A stretch of DNA of 64,000 nt from Eledone cirrhosa. Lineage: Eukaryota. Below are positions 1 to 13,355 of this stretch, piece by piece (position 1 is the first letter of the stretch; every line of letters begins with the position of its first letter). The notes beneath the pieces were generated by a model. That model made no database searches and had not been told where the DNA came from. It saw only the letters and a list, made by a program, of their open reading frames with translations. Both the position numbers and the translations under genes were made by a program. Where the stretch lies: positions 278,876,001-278,940,000 of the forward strand of contig OZ024743.1 of assembly GCA_964016885.1 (NCBI GenBank), in the 5' to 3' direction.

Positions 1-62
1 AAGATGTAGCTCAGAAGATTCATTCTTCGGTGACAAACATACTTACTTTATTTTATTATAGA

Positions 63-513
63 CTAGCAGTGGTACCCGGCGTTTCACGGGATAAGGTATT
101 TTGGAACGCGGGCTGCCAACAGACCTAATCGTGGAAAAACTGCATGCCTGGACAATATATAAAGAAAATAAACCGAAAAAAGCCCTAAAAAGATGAAAAA
201 ATGAACTTTTTCACCTAATGCGGGCCCTAGGCCATAAAAAAGATAGATTTTCTTTGCTCACGGTATGAAGAAGAGACTGACTAATACATAGTTACAATTT
301 CAAAGAAATCGGTCTGAGGTAACGCCTAAAAAAAAACCTATAAAGCTGATGAAACGAATTGTTTCACCTAATCCGGGCCCAAGGGGATCAAACAGTTGAT
401 TTTCTATGTGCATAACACTCCCTGAAACATAGGTAATACACATGTAAAGTTAGAAAGAAATCGGTTGGGTACTTCTCAAGTTTTAGGGATTCAAACTCAC
501 AGACACAGACACA

Positions 514-568
<55 letters not shown>

Positions 569-591
569 ATCCTCAGTTTTATATATATAGA
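63..591 (-). mobile_element. Non-autonomous Helitron
   Basis: Minus strand starts TCTATATATATAAAA (591) and ends with a CCCG..CGGG hairpin then CTAG (66-63). It sits between host A and T with no TSD, and has an internal (CA)n and a ~150-bp sub-repeat. Confidence 0.75.
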
Positions 592-1920
592 TAAGTTGTC
601 GCTTAAAGCTTGATGTTGACGTGGGAGCATTATATAATGCAAGAATCTTTCCTTAATTGTCCTATTCAAATAACATCTTTCTACCAACAGAGCATCGAAT
701 CAAAAGACTATGTGGTAACTTGAGCTGCTGTTAGGAGTAGTATAAATGTCCTTCAAATTACACCCTACGATTTTAAAAGAAACAGATTTATACATTGGAT
801 AATTTAGACGTAGATGCATTGTATCTGAGACGAATATACGAGTTTCGTAAGAAAATAATATCTGTAACACATTGATCATTGTCCAGATTGTTCAGAATTG
901 ACTTGCAGCTAAACAAGAACAATTTCATCAATATGTCGTATACAAGATGTTCCACATCAAAACAATAAATTAAAAAAGATATATGGATCCCACCAATTCT
1001 TAAAAAGAAACAGGTTTAGCTTGTCTTATATGACAAAAAGTATAAATTAATTTTATCAATCGAATCGATCCCCAATCTCGCAGTAAAAAAATGAAATAAA
1101 GAGGTGAACATGGTTATATTTTAACTGAAATTCATTCCTTATTTTTCTTGTTTAACATTTGGTCGACCTTGCTTGAGAAAGCCTTCAGATTAAAAGCCGT
1201 AATTTTCCATCGTATTTGACCTCATAGTGTATCTAGAATTATATTATGCAATATATAATTTCTTTTTAGGATGCCTAGAAAGTTTCTCTAGATCGGTTTG
1301 TAGTCTTCTAAAACATTTCCCTATAGTAACTTGATTTTCCTGTACAAAATATCATGTTATTGTTTAAAGGAAAATCCTTATTTGTATTCACTTTATTTTC
1401 ACATAAATAATGAAATATATTCATAAGCTTAGTGACAAAATATGCGATGAATAGATATTGTTATTGCTGCTATATGAGTTTGAGATATCTTTCCTTTTAA
1501 AATTTTAATTCAGCGTATTATCTAGAGAAGATTATTGAGAGTGTTTGAACACAGGCATCTTAATTTATTGGTTGACGTCTTGAATTCCATAAGTACTGCA
1601 ACTGCTACAAGAAGTAAGAGAATTCAAACGATATGAACATAATTACAGTGCGGTTTCGGAAAGGGAAAGCTTTTAAATATTGTGAACGTGTAAATGAAAA
1701 TTGATAAGGAATATGACAATAGGAAATGTGATTTGTGCATTGGAAATCTACGGTGTGGTAATAGTGGAAGGAAGTTATTGATAATAAAGGAAACATAGAG
1801 GAAACATATACACGGATAGAACCGGATCTATGTTATTAATCCCGTAATAATAAAGTGACCCAAAACACTGACCCAACTTCCAAGAAGCAGATATTGAAAT
1901 TGCAAATGAATTCCAGTAAA

Positions 1921-2300
<380 letters not shown>

Positions 2301-2647
2301 TGTATATTCATATATATGAAGTATATTCCATATATGTTAATGTCTTGGTTTAGAAAATTAATTAAACATATTTCAGAGCGTTTGATTAGGTCTAAAATTA
2401 ATTAAGCTGTTGTGACATTAAACGAGGAATCCTGTGCACCTAAGTCAATTTAAATTTCCTTGCAAGAGCATTTTTTGTATCCCTCTCTCTAGCCATGTCT
2501 TTCCCCTTTTTTGTCTCTCCTTCATATACTTTCTACCTTGCTTTCTCTCAAACTTTCTCTCCCTCCCTCCCTCTTCTCATAGAAATCCATTAAAAATGAT
2601 CTTAGCCTATTTATTTATTCCTTTATTCATTCATTCAACATCCGATA

Positions 2648-2665
2648 CACACACACACACACACA

Positions 2666-2737
<72 letters not shown>

Positions 2738-2900
2738 CTTTTATATATGTATATATATATGCATATACACACACACAAATACACAGGTACACAAACACGT
2801 ATGTATATGTTGATCTACTCTTCTAGGACTCTATGTAGTTCCTTTTGCATAATCCTCGCTTACTCACTCTTTCTGGTGCTTCGTAAATTGATCTCTCTCT

Positions 2901-2993
<93 letters not shown>

Positions 2994-3292
2994 CTCACAC
3001 TATTCAGCCGCAACATATTCACGCTAACAGACTCATGCGACTCCGTTCAGTGCCAACGTAGATTCTTCTTCTTCTTCTTCTCCTTCTTCTTCTTCTTCTT
3101 CTTCTTCTTCTTCTTCTTCTCCTACCCCTCCCCCTTACCTCTCCCCCTTACCTTCCTCCAAATCTTCTCCGTCCACTCTATTCTATCATATTCTCCACAC
3201 GTTCATGTATTTTCATTATCAACTTTATATCAACCCACTAACTTCCTCCTATTCGCGTACACTCATTGTTTCCCACTAACTCTACTCACTCA

Positions 3293-3382
<90 letters not shown>

Positions 3383-3400
3383 GTATATTTATATATGTCG
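2648..3400. repeat. (CA)n, (CT)n, (CTT)n microsatellite cluster
   Basis: Direct reading. Confidence 0.9.
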
Positions 3401-4019
3401 CTCTCTCTCATATTATCAATGTAAATTCATATACACGTGCACTAACATATATATATATATATACACACACTCTCAAAGAATATTTATCCTTCATACTTTC
3501 CTATATTTTCAAACCTACCACTGTCTCTGATTCCCTGCCACCATTTTCCCCTTTCATCTCCCTCTATCTTTCTCTTTATCTCTGTGTCTCTCACACGTAT
3601 GTCTACGTAAAGGCGTATAAATACGCATAAAAAAATGTACAGAAACACATTCCCACAATTGCATACAAGTTTTCTTTCTGTGTCTTGTTTCTCACACATT
3701 CTTTCTCTCACACAAATACATACACACGTTCTGTCTAACCCTCTACCTAACTAACTGTCTCTTACATTCTATCTTTCACTCTTACGTACAACTTCTCTCT
3801 AACCCTCTTCTTACCTTCTACAGTCCTCTCAATTTTCCCAATGAAATCAATTTGAACATTTGTAAAGTAAATTATTTTCACCCAACCCTTTGAAACTGTA
3901 TCTGTTCCTAATTAAAGACCGTTGTTTTAGTTACTTAATTAGCCAATAGAGGGGGCTGCTGCCTCTGTGTTTGTGTGTGGGTGTATTCTTTGTTAATATT
4001 TCCTAAAAGAAGAAAAAAG

Positions 4020-4210
<191 letters not shown>

Positions 4211-4572
4211 ATATATAAATCAATAACAAAGTATTGTCAGTGATTTATTTTATTTAACATCTTTTTGTTGTTGCTAATATGTGTAAATGATATTGTTGTT
4301 GTGGAAGTCGTTTCTTATGTTATTATTGTTACTATTGTTGTTGTAACTTCTGTTCGTGTTGTTGGAGACATCGCTCTCTCTGCTGCTGTTGTTGCTGATG
4401 TTGTTGTTGCTGTCACTGTTGCTGTTTTTTTACGTTGTTACTGATTAAGTTTTTTCTTTAATCTGTTATATTTTATTTGTATTTAGTATTTTGTGTAAAT
4501 TGTTTAACTGAATGGTTCAGTGATAATGAATTTTAATACAATAATTAATGAAGTAATAATAATAATAACAAA

Positions 4573-4604
<32 letters not shown>

Positions 4605-4609
4605 TATAA

Positions 4610-5757
4610 AGCATTAATTGGAGAGATCGATCCTGGTGTATCAGAATTGAATGAGGTTATCTATGCAGCAGCAATGGTAATAGAAAGGAAATGTGTGTTA
4701 AGGAAAAGGCAAAAAGGACACAACACTCACAAAAACCACCATGGAAGATAAAAATTAAGACAGGAATTGAAATGATGAGGGAGAAATCTCGATCTTGGAT
4801 CAAATATGTGCTTGGAAATCCGACAATTCCTGAAAACAAAGGGAAGTGATTAAATAATATAAAGTAAATTCAAGACCTGATATTTCATCAATCAAAAAAA
4901 CCCTGAAACAGAAAGTACAACTGAAAGCCTAAAGAATCAGAGGATTTGAGAAATGAAATATATTTTGCAGGCAAAATAAATCGTTTACGTCAGATGCAAA
5001 AATATTTTATAGAGGGAAATCGGGACATAGACAATTAAAGTAAAGGAACCTTCTTCCATTCGCAAAATTGGATTTGAAAACTTTGGATGTTGTGAAAATG
5101 TCTCCAATAATATTAAACTTCCTATAGTTTGAATGTTATAAATTGTAACGTTAATTGACATAAGCATTTCCTGAGATTGTAACAACTTACCGAAAGATTT
5201 CCGAGAGCTCAGTAAATATAATTGTTTCTACTTTAGGCACAAGGCCAGCAATTACTTTATTTTATCGACCCCGTAAGGATGAAAGGCAAAGTCAACCTCC
5301 GCGGGATTTGAACTCAGATCGTAAAGGGACGTAACTATGCTGGAAAGCATGGCGTCCGACCCTCTATCGATACTGCCAATCCACTCAGTAAATATAATGA
5401 ACTAACAATTGAACCTGAGAACATATGGCATCTTAAAGCCTGTCCAATACCGGTAATATGCGATGCACTTGGAATGATAGAAATGAGAACTGAAAAATAT
5501 TTGGACCAGATACCTGGCAAGTCATCTCTGGAAGAGATATAGAAAATAGTGCTGTCGTGTACTGCCCATGTCCTGAGAATGGCATTATCAATTTAAATAC
5601 TTTGCAATGACATTTACTGTTGTTTATGCCCTTAATGCATCATTTGTATGTCAATTGATTGAAGAATGTGTGTATTACCAAACTTTGCCTCATATGTCAA
5701 ATTACTCGGCATGATATGGGAAAGGAGAAAAATTCGAATAAAGTGTCAAATAATAAT
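4610..5757 (+). mobile_element. Decayed, internally deleted R4/Dong-like (RLE-type) non-LTR retrotransposon
   Basis: Hand translation gives KPPWKIKIKTGIEMMR and LKQKVQLKA*RIRGFEK..QNK..FYREIG (N-terminal region). After a SINE insertion it gives KYNELTIE..IWHLKACPIPVICDALG..EI*KIVLSCTAHVLR (RLE C-terminus). Ends in (TAA)n. Confidence 0.65.
5223..5383 (-). mobile_element. tRNA-derived SINE (family A), internally deleted copy
   Basis: A/B-box head and core CCTTTCATCCTTACGGGGTCGATAAAATAAAG; 15-bp TSD CTCAGTAAATATAAT (5208-5222 / 5384-5398). Confidence 0.9.
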
Positions 5758-5938
5758 TGTTTCTACTTTTGGCACAAGGCCAGCAATTACCCAGTGCATT
5801 ACTGGTACTTTATTTTATCGACCCTATAAGGATGAAAGGCAAAGTTAACATCAGCGGGATTTGAACTCAGAATGACAAGGGCCGTAACTCTATGCGTCAA
5901 AGCATGGTGTCCGACCCTCCACCGATACTGCCAATCCA
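5758..5938 (-). mobile_element. tRNA-derived SINE (family A)
   Basis: Full-length copy; TSD CAAATAATAAT (5747-5757 / 5939-5949). Confidence 0.9.
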
Positions 5939-6139
5939 CAAATAATAATACTTTCTTGTATGAGCCAAAAAGTGCCAAGTAAAAGAAGAAGAAAAAGATG
6001 TTGATAATGATGATGATAATAAAAATGATGATGATGATAATGGCGATGATGATGATGGTGATGATGCAAATTATCAAGTAATTTACAGAGCCCAGATACA
6101 AAGTGTTAAACAATCAAATCTTAGTTTAATACATTAATT

Positions 6140-6186
6140 TGCTGACAATTGTTTCTTCAAGAGGGAAGTCTGGAACCATCGGAGCA
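6140..6186 (-). ncRNA. Degenerate type I hammerhead ribozyme motif
   Basis: Minus strand TGCT-CCGATGG-ttccagacttccctcttgaa-GAAA-caattg-TC-AGCA; core deviates from CUGANGA. Same family as 21305-21352. Confidence 0.5.
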
Positions 6187-7504
6187 TAGGGAATGCCTAA
6201 ACAGGTGATTAAAATCCTAGTCATTCAGAACATTTAGGTGTTGTTAGTGTCACAGACATCATGTATAGAATCAGGAGTTAAAAATATGTTATGCTTGAGA
6301 GAACACAATTACAAGGAGCACTGGTTGAAAGTGTAAGAGGTACAGCAAAAAATGCAGGCAAAAAAAGTTACAAGCAAGGAAAATGAAAGATAGGATAGAC
6401 ATAAGATATAAAATATGTTAGCATTGGAGATCAGGTAATGTTAGGGATATACAATGCAGGAGTCAATACAATCAGTAAGGCATGTATGAGGAAAGAGTTA
6501 TATTACAGCTGAAATAAGCATATTTCGTGTAGAATGTTAAAGTATGTTATAAGTGTTAGAGATGTTTAAAATGGCGTGCTATATGGTAGTGAGAGATGTA
6601 GTGATAAAATAGGTATATGTTATGTGAGGTGTAATGCAAAGCACATGATTGAATTGGGTAGGTAATTTTTACTCAAGTGTTTATATATTGTAGTTCGTAT
6701 GTAGATGTATATGTTGGTTGTAACTCACATTTATTAACCATGGAATTATTTTAGTTTGAGATGTAATTTTTTTGAGTTGTTTATAGTTAATAGGTATGTG
6801 TTTGGTAAAGGTAAATTCCACAGAATTACTGGCCATGTTGTTATAGTAAGTACGTTATACTATGCATTCCTATCTTAAAATTATCTATTAAGGATTATTA
6901 GGGTTTGCATTAATCGTTATTAAGTTGCTACTAAACCGTTATGTTGCTTAATTTTATGAATTTACACAGGAAGTTGTAAAGGGGGTTAATAACAAAGGGA
7001 GGTAATTAACGTTGTTGATAAATTCAGGGTTGTTTTATTATTGTAGTAGTGTTATAAATTAATATTTATAAGATATAAAATATTATTATTGGTTATTAAT
7101 TATATATAAAATTATTTGTTATGCTTATCTTTTCAACTTGTGTGGAGAGAGTTAAAAAATATTTTTTATGACTAGATAGGGTTTTGTATAGTTTATATAT
7201 GTATATATAATATAATATATATATATATATATGAGAATGTATATATATTTATATATACAGATTGTGCAGAGAGAGTTGAAGTTTTTTATGACAAGATAGT
7301 TAATTGTATAATATATACTGGAGTAATTGATATTATATACACAGTTGTCTGCTATTTAGTTAGTGTTATATATTGTGAGTATATTAGTGTGTCTATATTA
7401 TTTATTTATTTGGTTATTTGAAATGTATTAGGTGAGAAATCAAAGAAGGGGTTTATTAACTAAGGAGGAATATCGGACAGGATATAGGTTGGTGTGGTTT
7501 TTTT

Positions 7505-7929
7505 TATTCTGGACTCTCCAGAAATAGCCGTCGAAACGGCTTGAGCTCTGCTGTCGGGGTCTTGAACATTTTCCTATATATATATATATATAACTTAAAA
7601 TGCAGTGGGAATACGAAGAAACCAAGAACGGGGGCGGGGAGTTTTCCTCATCAGTTGTCTACTGGGGGTCTCGGATATTTCTATATATATATATAGGAAA
7701 ATGTTAGACCCCGATGGCAGAGCTCAAGCCGTTTCGACGTCTATTTCTGGACTAGTCCATAAATAGCCGTCGAAACGGCTATTTCTGGACTAGTCCATAA
7801 ATAGCCGTCGAAACGGCTTGAGCTCTGCCGTCGGGGTCTAAGATTTTCCTATTACCCACTCTACTACCCTAAGTAATGAGTACTTTTGGTGCGTTATAGT
7901 CTATCTGGTTCCTTACCATATCTCCTTCG

Positions 7930-7976
<47 letters not shown>

Positions 7977-7985
7977 GCAAAATCT

Positions 7986-8083
<98 letters not shown>

Positions 8084-8125
8084 ATGTTTAAGACCCCGAC
8101 AGCGAGCTCACGCCGTTGCGACGTA
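7505..8125. mobile_element. Cluster of PLE-type terminal fragments in inverted and direct arrangement, with hammerhead 3' halves
   Basis: Repeated gtc-GAAA-cggc-ttgagctct-gccg-TC-ggggtc in both orientations. Fold-back 7693-7852 contains a 38-bp tandem duplication. Related copies at 57450-57575 and 58504-58687; (TA)n flanks. Confidence 0.6.
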
Positions 8126-8852
8126 TATATGTATACAATCACACGCATTGACTGACGCGAGAACGAGCACTCAATACCGAAATAAAGTTCAATAATATTC
8201 CTTATCATGACTGAATCTTTTTACTCTAGAATTTCACCTGTGTATGTGCATTATCCGCTTTAAGATTACCTTGACTGATAATTCTGTGTGTGCACAGGTG
8301 AAACGTCAATGTAACAATATACCAAGAGAAAACCAATATACCGCTTTTTATTCTCATTTTGAATTTTTCTAGTAACATAGCCATGAATGAGTTTTGCCGA
8401 TAAGTAGGCCCGTTTGATAAGCTTGGATTCATTGCGGTATTGCTAGTGACCCAGGAAGAAAGTGTTCTCTATGGCCCTGATAATGGCACATGGGACCAGA
8501 GCAAGTTGAAGGGTCTCTAGCATCGGTGGGTGAGTGACAGAATCGTAGGCTTTCTTGTTGTCCAGCCAGAATGTAACGCATTTCCTCCTATTTCGGTAGA
8601 TGAAATTCAATCAAAATCTTATTCACTACTGGATGATGACTTACGGTACTTTAGGGGAGTGGACGATGCATTAGAATACCTATTAGCGTTCTCATGTAGA
8701 ATATTAGGAAGAATATTGTGTCCGAATATATATAATATATGAAACACCTTATTTACTGGAGGACCACCAGTGCACATTCTTAGGTCTGGCTCGGTGATTT
8801 TCTGATACTACGTCAGGTGTAGAACGAGGGGTAGAGATTTAGGCACAGGGTG

Positions 8853-9133
8853 GAGTGGCAATATTGATAGAGCGCCGGACAACGTTTTATGAATTTATAG
8901 ATTTACGCTCCTTTACGATCTGAGTTCAAATCGTAGGCTCTCTTGTTGTCCAGCCAGAATGTAACCAATTTCCAGAATGTAACTAGATCCCACCGAGATT
9001 AGCTTTGCCTTTCATCCTTATGGAGTCGATAAAATAAAGTGCCAGTAATGCACTGGGGTTGATTTAATTGACTTTCTCCTGCCCCCCGCCCCAACAAAAA
9101 ATTATTGGCCTTGTGTCTAAATCAGAAACCAAT
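8853..9133 (+). mobile_element. tRNA-derived SINE (family A, long form) with an insertion in its B box
   Basis: Family core present; foreign sequence at 8931-8986. Confidence 0.85.
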
Positions 9134-9339
9134 ATCTCTACGTTCCACCTATTGTTGATATGCAACGTTAATTTCTTCTTTTACGGTAATATAACAGATT
9201 CTACGCTATTATAGAATAGATCCAGGTCACCACTTCAACGGGGATGAATTCAATTCTAGCCGTAACAAAAAACATTTTTATTCAGACGTAATTTATCTCT
9301 TACTCCTGTGATTACTAACATAATCCTCATTTTCACCGT

Positions 9340-9378
9340 CATCAATATCTACATAAACAATATCATCACCATCATCAC

Positions 9379-9420
<42 letters not shown>

Positions 9421-9466
9421 CCTCCTCCTCCTCCTCATCATCATCATCATCAATACCACCGCCATT

Positions 9467-9501
<35 letters not shown>

Positions 9502-9703
9502 CAATACCACCCCCATTATCATTATCATCATCATCATCATCATCAATACCACCAGCATTACCATCATCATCATCATCATCATCATCAATGCCACCACCAT
9601 TATCATCATCATCATCATCATCATCATTATCATCATCTTCATCAACATCCTCATTGTCATCATCATCATCATTATCATCATCAACAACAGCGCCATGATG
9701 ATA

Positions 9704-9735
<32 letters not shown>

Positions 9736-9825
9736 CATCATCATCATCATCATCATCACCATCGTCATCATCATCCTCATCATCCTCATCATCCTCATCA
9801 TCATCATTAACAACGGCATCATCAC
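9340..9825. repeat. Degenerate (CAT)n/(ATG)n trinucleotide repeat
   Basis: Direct reading. Confidence 0.9.
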
Positions 9826-10000
9826 TAACTTCAAACAGTGCGATATTCATTTGATTAAGCTTCCCCAAGCCAGATGATTACTGGAACAATTTCAACCACA
9901 CGAACTGTATTTCATTAACTTCTTACTGCCTCAACTATCTTTTATATTTTTATATCTCATCCAAATTATTTTTTATTGTCTTTCTGTTATTATCATTATT

Positions 10001-10530
10001 ATGGATTGGCAGTATCGGTAGAGCGTCGGACAACTCGCCTTGCGGCATAGAGTTGCGGCCCTTTACGGTCCGAGTTCAAATCCTGCCGAGGTTAGCTTCG
10101 CCTTTCATCCTTACGAGGTCGAGAAAATATAGTACCAGTGATGCACTGGGGTCGATTTAATCGACTTTCCCCTGCCCCCAAATTGCAGGCCTTATGCCTA
10201 TATCAGAAACCATTTTGCCTTTCATCCTTACGGGGTCGATAAAATAAAGTACCAGTAATGTACTGGGTAATTGCTGGCCTTGTGCCAAAAGTAGAAGCAA
10301 TTATTACTATCATTATGGATTGGCAGTATCGGTAGAGCGTCGAACACATCGCTTTGCGGCAATGAGTTGCAGCCTCTACGATCTCAATTCAAATCCCGCC
10401 GAGGTTAGCTTTGCGTTTCATCCTTCCGGGGTCGATAAAATATAGTACCAGTAATGCACTGATGTCGATTTAATCGACTTCTCCGTCGCCCAAAATTGTT
10501 GGCCTTGTGCCTAAATCAAAAATCATTATT
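10001..10530 (+). mobile_element. Tandem cluster of family A SINEs (full copy, 3' half, full copy)
   Basis: Copies at ~10001-10212, 10213-10285 and 10315-10530, each with the conserved core. Confidence 0.9.
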
Positions 10531-10533
10531 ATT

Positions 10534-10574
<41 letters not shown>

Positions 10575-12177
10575 TAACAACATCATCATCCCAACTGTTC
10601 TTCTTTATTAATTTGTTAATCATATGGCAAAATGAAATGTTGAAGAATTGAATAAAAATAAATAACTAAATAAATAGATAAGTAATAGAATAAGTGATGA
10701 AGATTGAATGACTTCGCCATCTTACTATTCGTTTAAACTGACAGTTTAAGGATATATATATAATTGTAGAGACCCAAATAAACAAACAAACAATAACACA
10801 ACCAAACAATAACAGATATAAATACAAAAAAAAGTAGTGGATTCTAATTATATCACAAGGTCAACAATTTGCAAATGGCATCAATTAAATTAACCCTAGT
10901 ATTTGATTGTTACTTTTATTTGCTCGACACAGGAAGGATTAAAGGCAATGATGATCTCAGCAGGATTTGGACTCACAACATAAAAAGCCGGAACAAACAC
11001 CACGAGGTAATGTGCCCAACACTTTCATGATTTTGCTAATACTTGACCTTCATAATACTTTTCTCGCATAGATACATACATACATAGATACAAGCCAATA
11101 CGTGCATCGACTCGTTCTCTGCCTCCAACATTGTCGCTTTGGCTACAATCCCGGCTGCATGTCCGCAATGCAGAGGAGAGGAAGACAGTCAAATATCAGC
11201 ATCTGAACGACTGCTTCTTCTTTGCACCGCCTTCCGTCGAGGCCTCATGCGTCCTTGTTATCCGCACTGCTGATTTCCCCAACAAAGCTGGAAAGACGGC
11301 AGCCCGCTTGAGGATGGGTAGCTCTTACAGTGGCTGTCTCTGGATATTTTGCCGTTTTATCCGCAAGGCGTGGATGAGGCACCACTCAGATGGATGTAGT
11401 GACTGTCCTTCCCCATATCCCTTGCTTAATCTTTCTTTCCTTTTATTTTTCTCCTTTTTATTCTCTTTTTTCTTTCTTACTTTCTCTTCCCTTTAATGGT
11501 GTGTTTTGTTTTTCTTAGATACTTCTCAATATCTACTTGTACTTTACATTGATTAATAAATGCCTGTGAATAGACTACTATATAAATACCTATGAATCGA
11601 CCACTGATATGTTATTTCATTCACAGTGGAAGGTTTGAATGCCAATTTCTCACGGTGGGGATTTGAACTCAAAACGTTAATAGAGAAGAACAAATACCAC
11701 GAAGCATTATCACCGATACTGTAACAATTCTCCCAATTTACTTGCATAAACATAAAAATAATAATGAAAATAAAAATAGAAAGAATGGGCGCAGCAAATG
11801 AAAAATGAAAGCAAAACTGAATGAATGAAAAATATACGAAGTAACCGCAGAAAAAACAAAGTTGGACTTTGATTTGTTCTTCTGTGGTTTACGGCGTAAA
11901 GACGTTGGTCATATTGATGGTAGCGGAGGTATTATATTATCAAGTAACCAAACTTGGCTCGCAAATATAATTAATTTCAGACACTGGCAGAGTTGATGTC
12001 ATAAACCTACGCGTCCCCACAACACAAATGTGTTACATCTTATTTATTTGATATGTGGATATCTTAAAAATAGACTTTTATTTTTTTCTTTTCGATTTTA
12101 TTTTTGTATATTTATTTTCTCTTACATTTCTTTATTTACCTCTTCTAATATTTGTAGCTGTTTTTGTTGGTGCTCTG

Positions 12178-12192
12178 CTACTGCTGCTGCTG

Positions 12193-12255
<63 letters not shown>

Positions 12256-12325
12256 GCAGTAGCAGTAGAAGTAGTAGTAGTAACAGCAGCAACAGCAGTA
12301 GTAGTATTAGTAGTTGCAGTAGTAG
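12178..12325. repeat. (CTG)/(CTA)/(GTA) trinucleotide repeats
   Basis: Direct reading. Confidence 0.9.
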
Positions 12326-12494
12326 ATTTGCAAAATCTTCAGAGCTTCCAGTTTAAGTTTGACTCCCTTTCTACAAGAGTCGATAAAATAAAGCAACAGT
12401 CAAGTACTTTGGTCGATTTAATCAACCAAGTAGACCACCAAACTTTCATTCTTGTGTATAATTTATAAACAATGTCATTATTACGAGCTGTGGA

Positions 12495-12697
12495 GGGTTG
12501 GGTTGGCAGAATCATAAAAAACGTCGGAAAAGTGATTTGTGGTTTTTCGACCCTTTACATTCTGCGTTGAAATTTCACCGAGGGCAATTTTGCATGTTGG
12601 AGTCTATAAAATAAAGTACCAGTGAGGTACTGGGGTCGTGGTAATCTATTTTTCTCACTCCAAAAATCGTAGACTTTGTGCCTGAATTAGAAAATAT
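12495..12697 (+). mobile_element. Old family A SINE
   Basis: Diverged head plus ATAAAATAAAGTACCAG core. Confidence 0.65.
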
Positions 12698-12781
12698 TTT
12701 CTAATTCTTTCTTTTTACACCTCTCAAACACACATACAAAACTTGAGATCACCACCACTCTCTCTTTCTCTCTCTCTCTTT

Positions 12782-12873
<92 letters not shown>

Positions 12874-13174
12874 GGCGCAACCCTCTTACCGTGCCATTTC
12901 CAGAGTGACAGACTTTTTACTCCACAGAAACACACACTATAATAATACATTAGATTATTTGTTGGTGGGTAGAATGTAGAAGGGATTTTTGTTTGAAAGA
13001 GAAGCAGTTTCTTGTTACATCAAAGTTGCTTGTATTGTAGAGATTGATTTCTTGTTTTACTTTTCAGTTTGGTGCTCCTCGTGCGTGTTGTAGATCATTT
13101 CACGTGTAATTGAGGTGTGATTAAGTAGAATACGTATTCATTGTGTGTGTGCGTGTGTGTTGCATTATTCTTTG

Positions 13175-13355
13175 TGAATTGGCAGTATCGGTAGAGGGTC
13201 GGAAATGCTTTCCAGTAGAGTTACGTCCCTTTCCGATCTGAGTTCAAATCCTGCTGAGGTTAACTTTGCCTTTCATCCTTACGGGGTCGATAAAATAAAG
13301 TACCAGTAATGTACTGGATAATTGCTGGCCTTGTGCCTAAAATAGAAACAATTAT
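13175..13355 (+). mobile_element. tRNA-derived SINE (family A, short form)
   Basis: Near-consensus copy. Confidence 0.9.

Noticed and set aside
9293-9877. Asp/His-, Ile- or Met-rich ORFs of 160-190 aa
   Set aside because: Open in several frames on both strands because they translate a (CAT)n repeat; no splice or domain evidence.
11100-11400. Possible exon or LINE zinc-knuckle fragment (CPQC..H..C across frames)
   Set aside because: Too short and frameshifted to assign.
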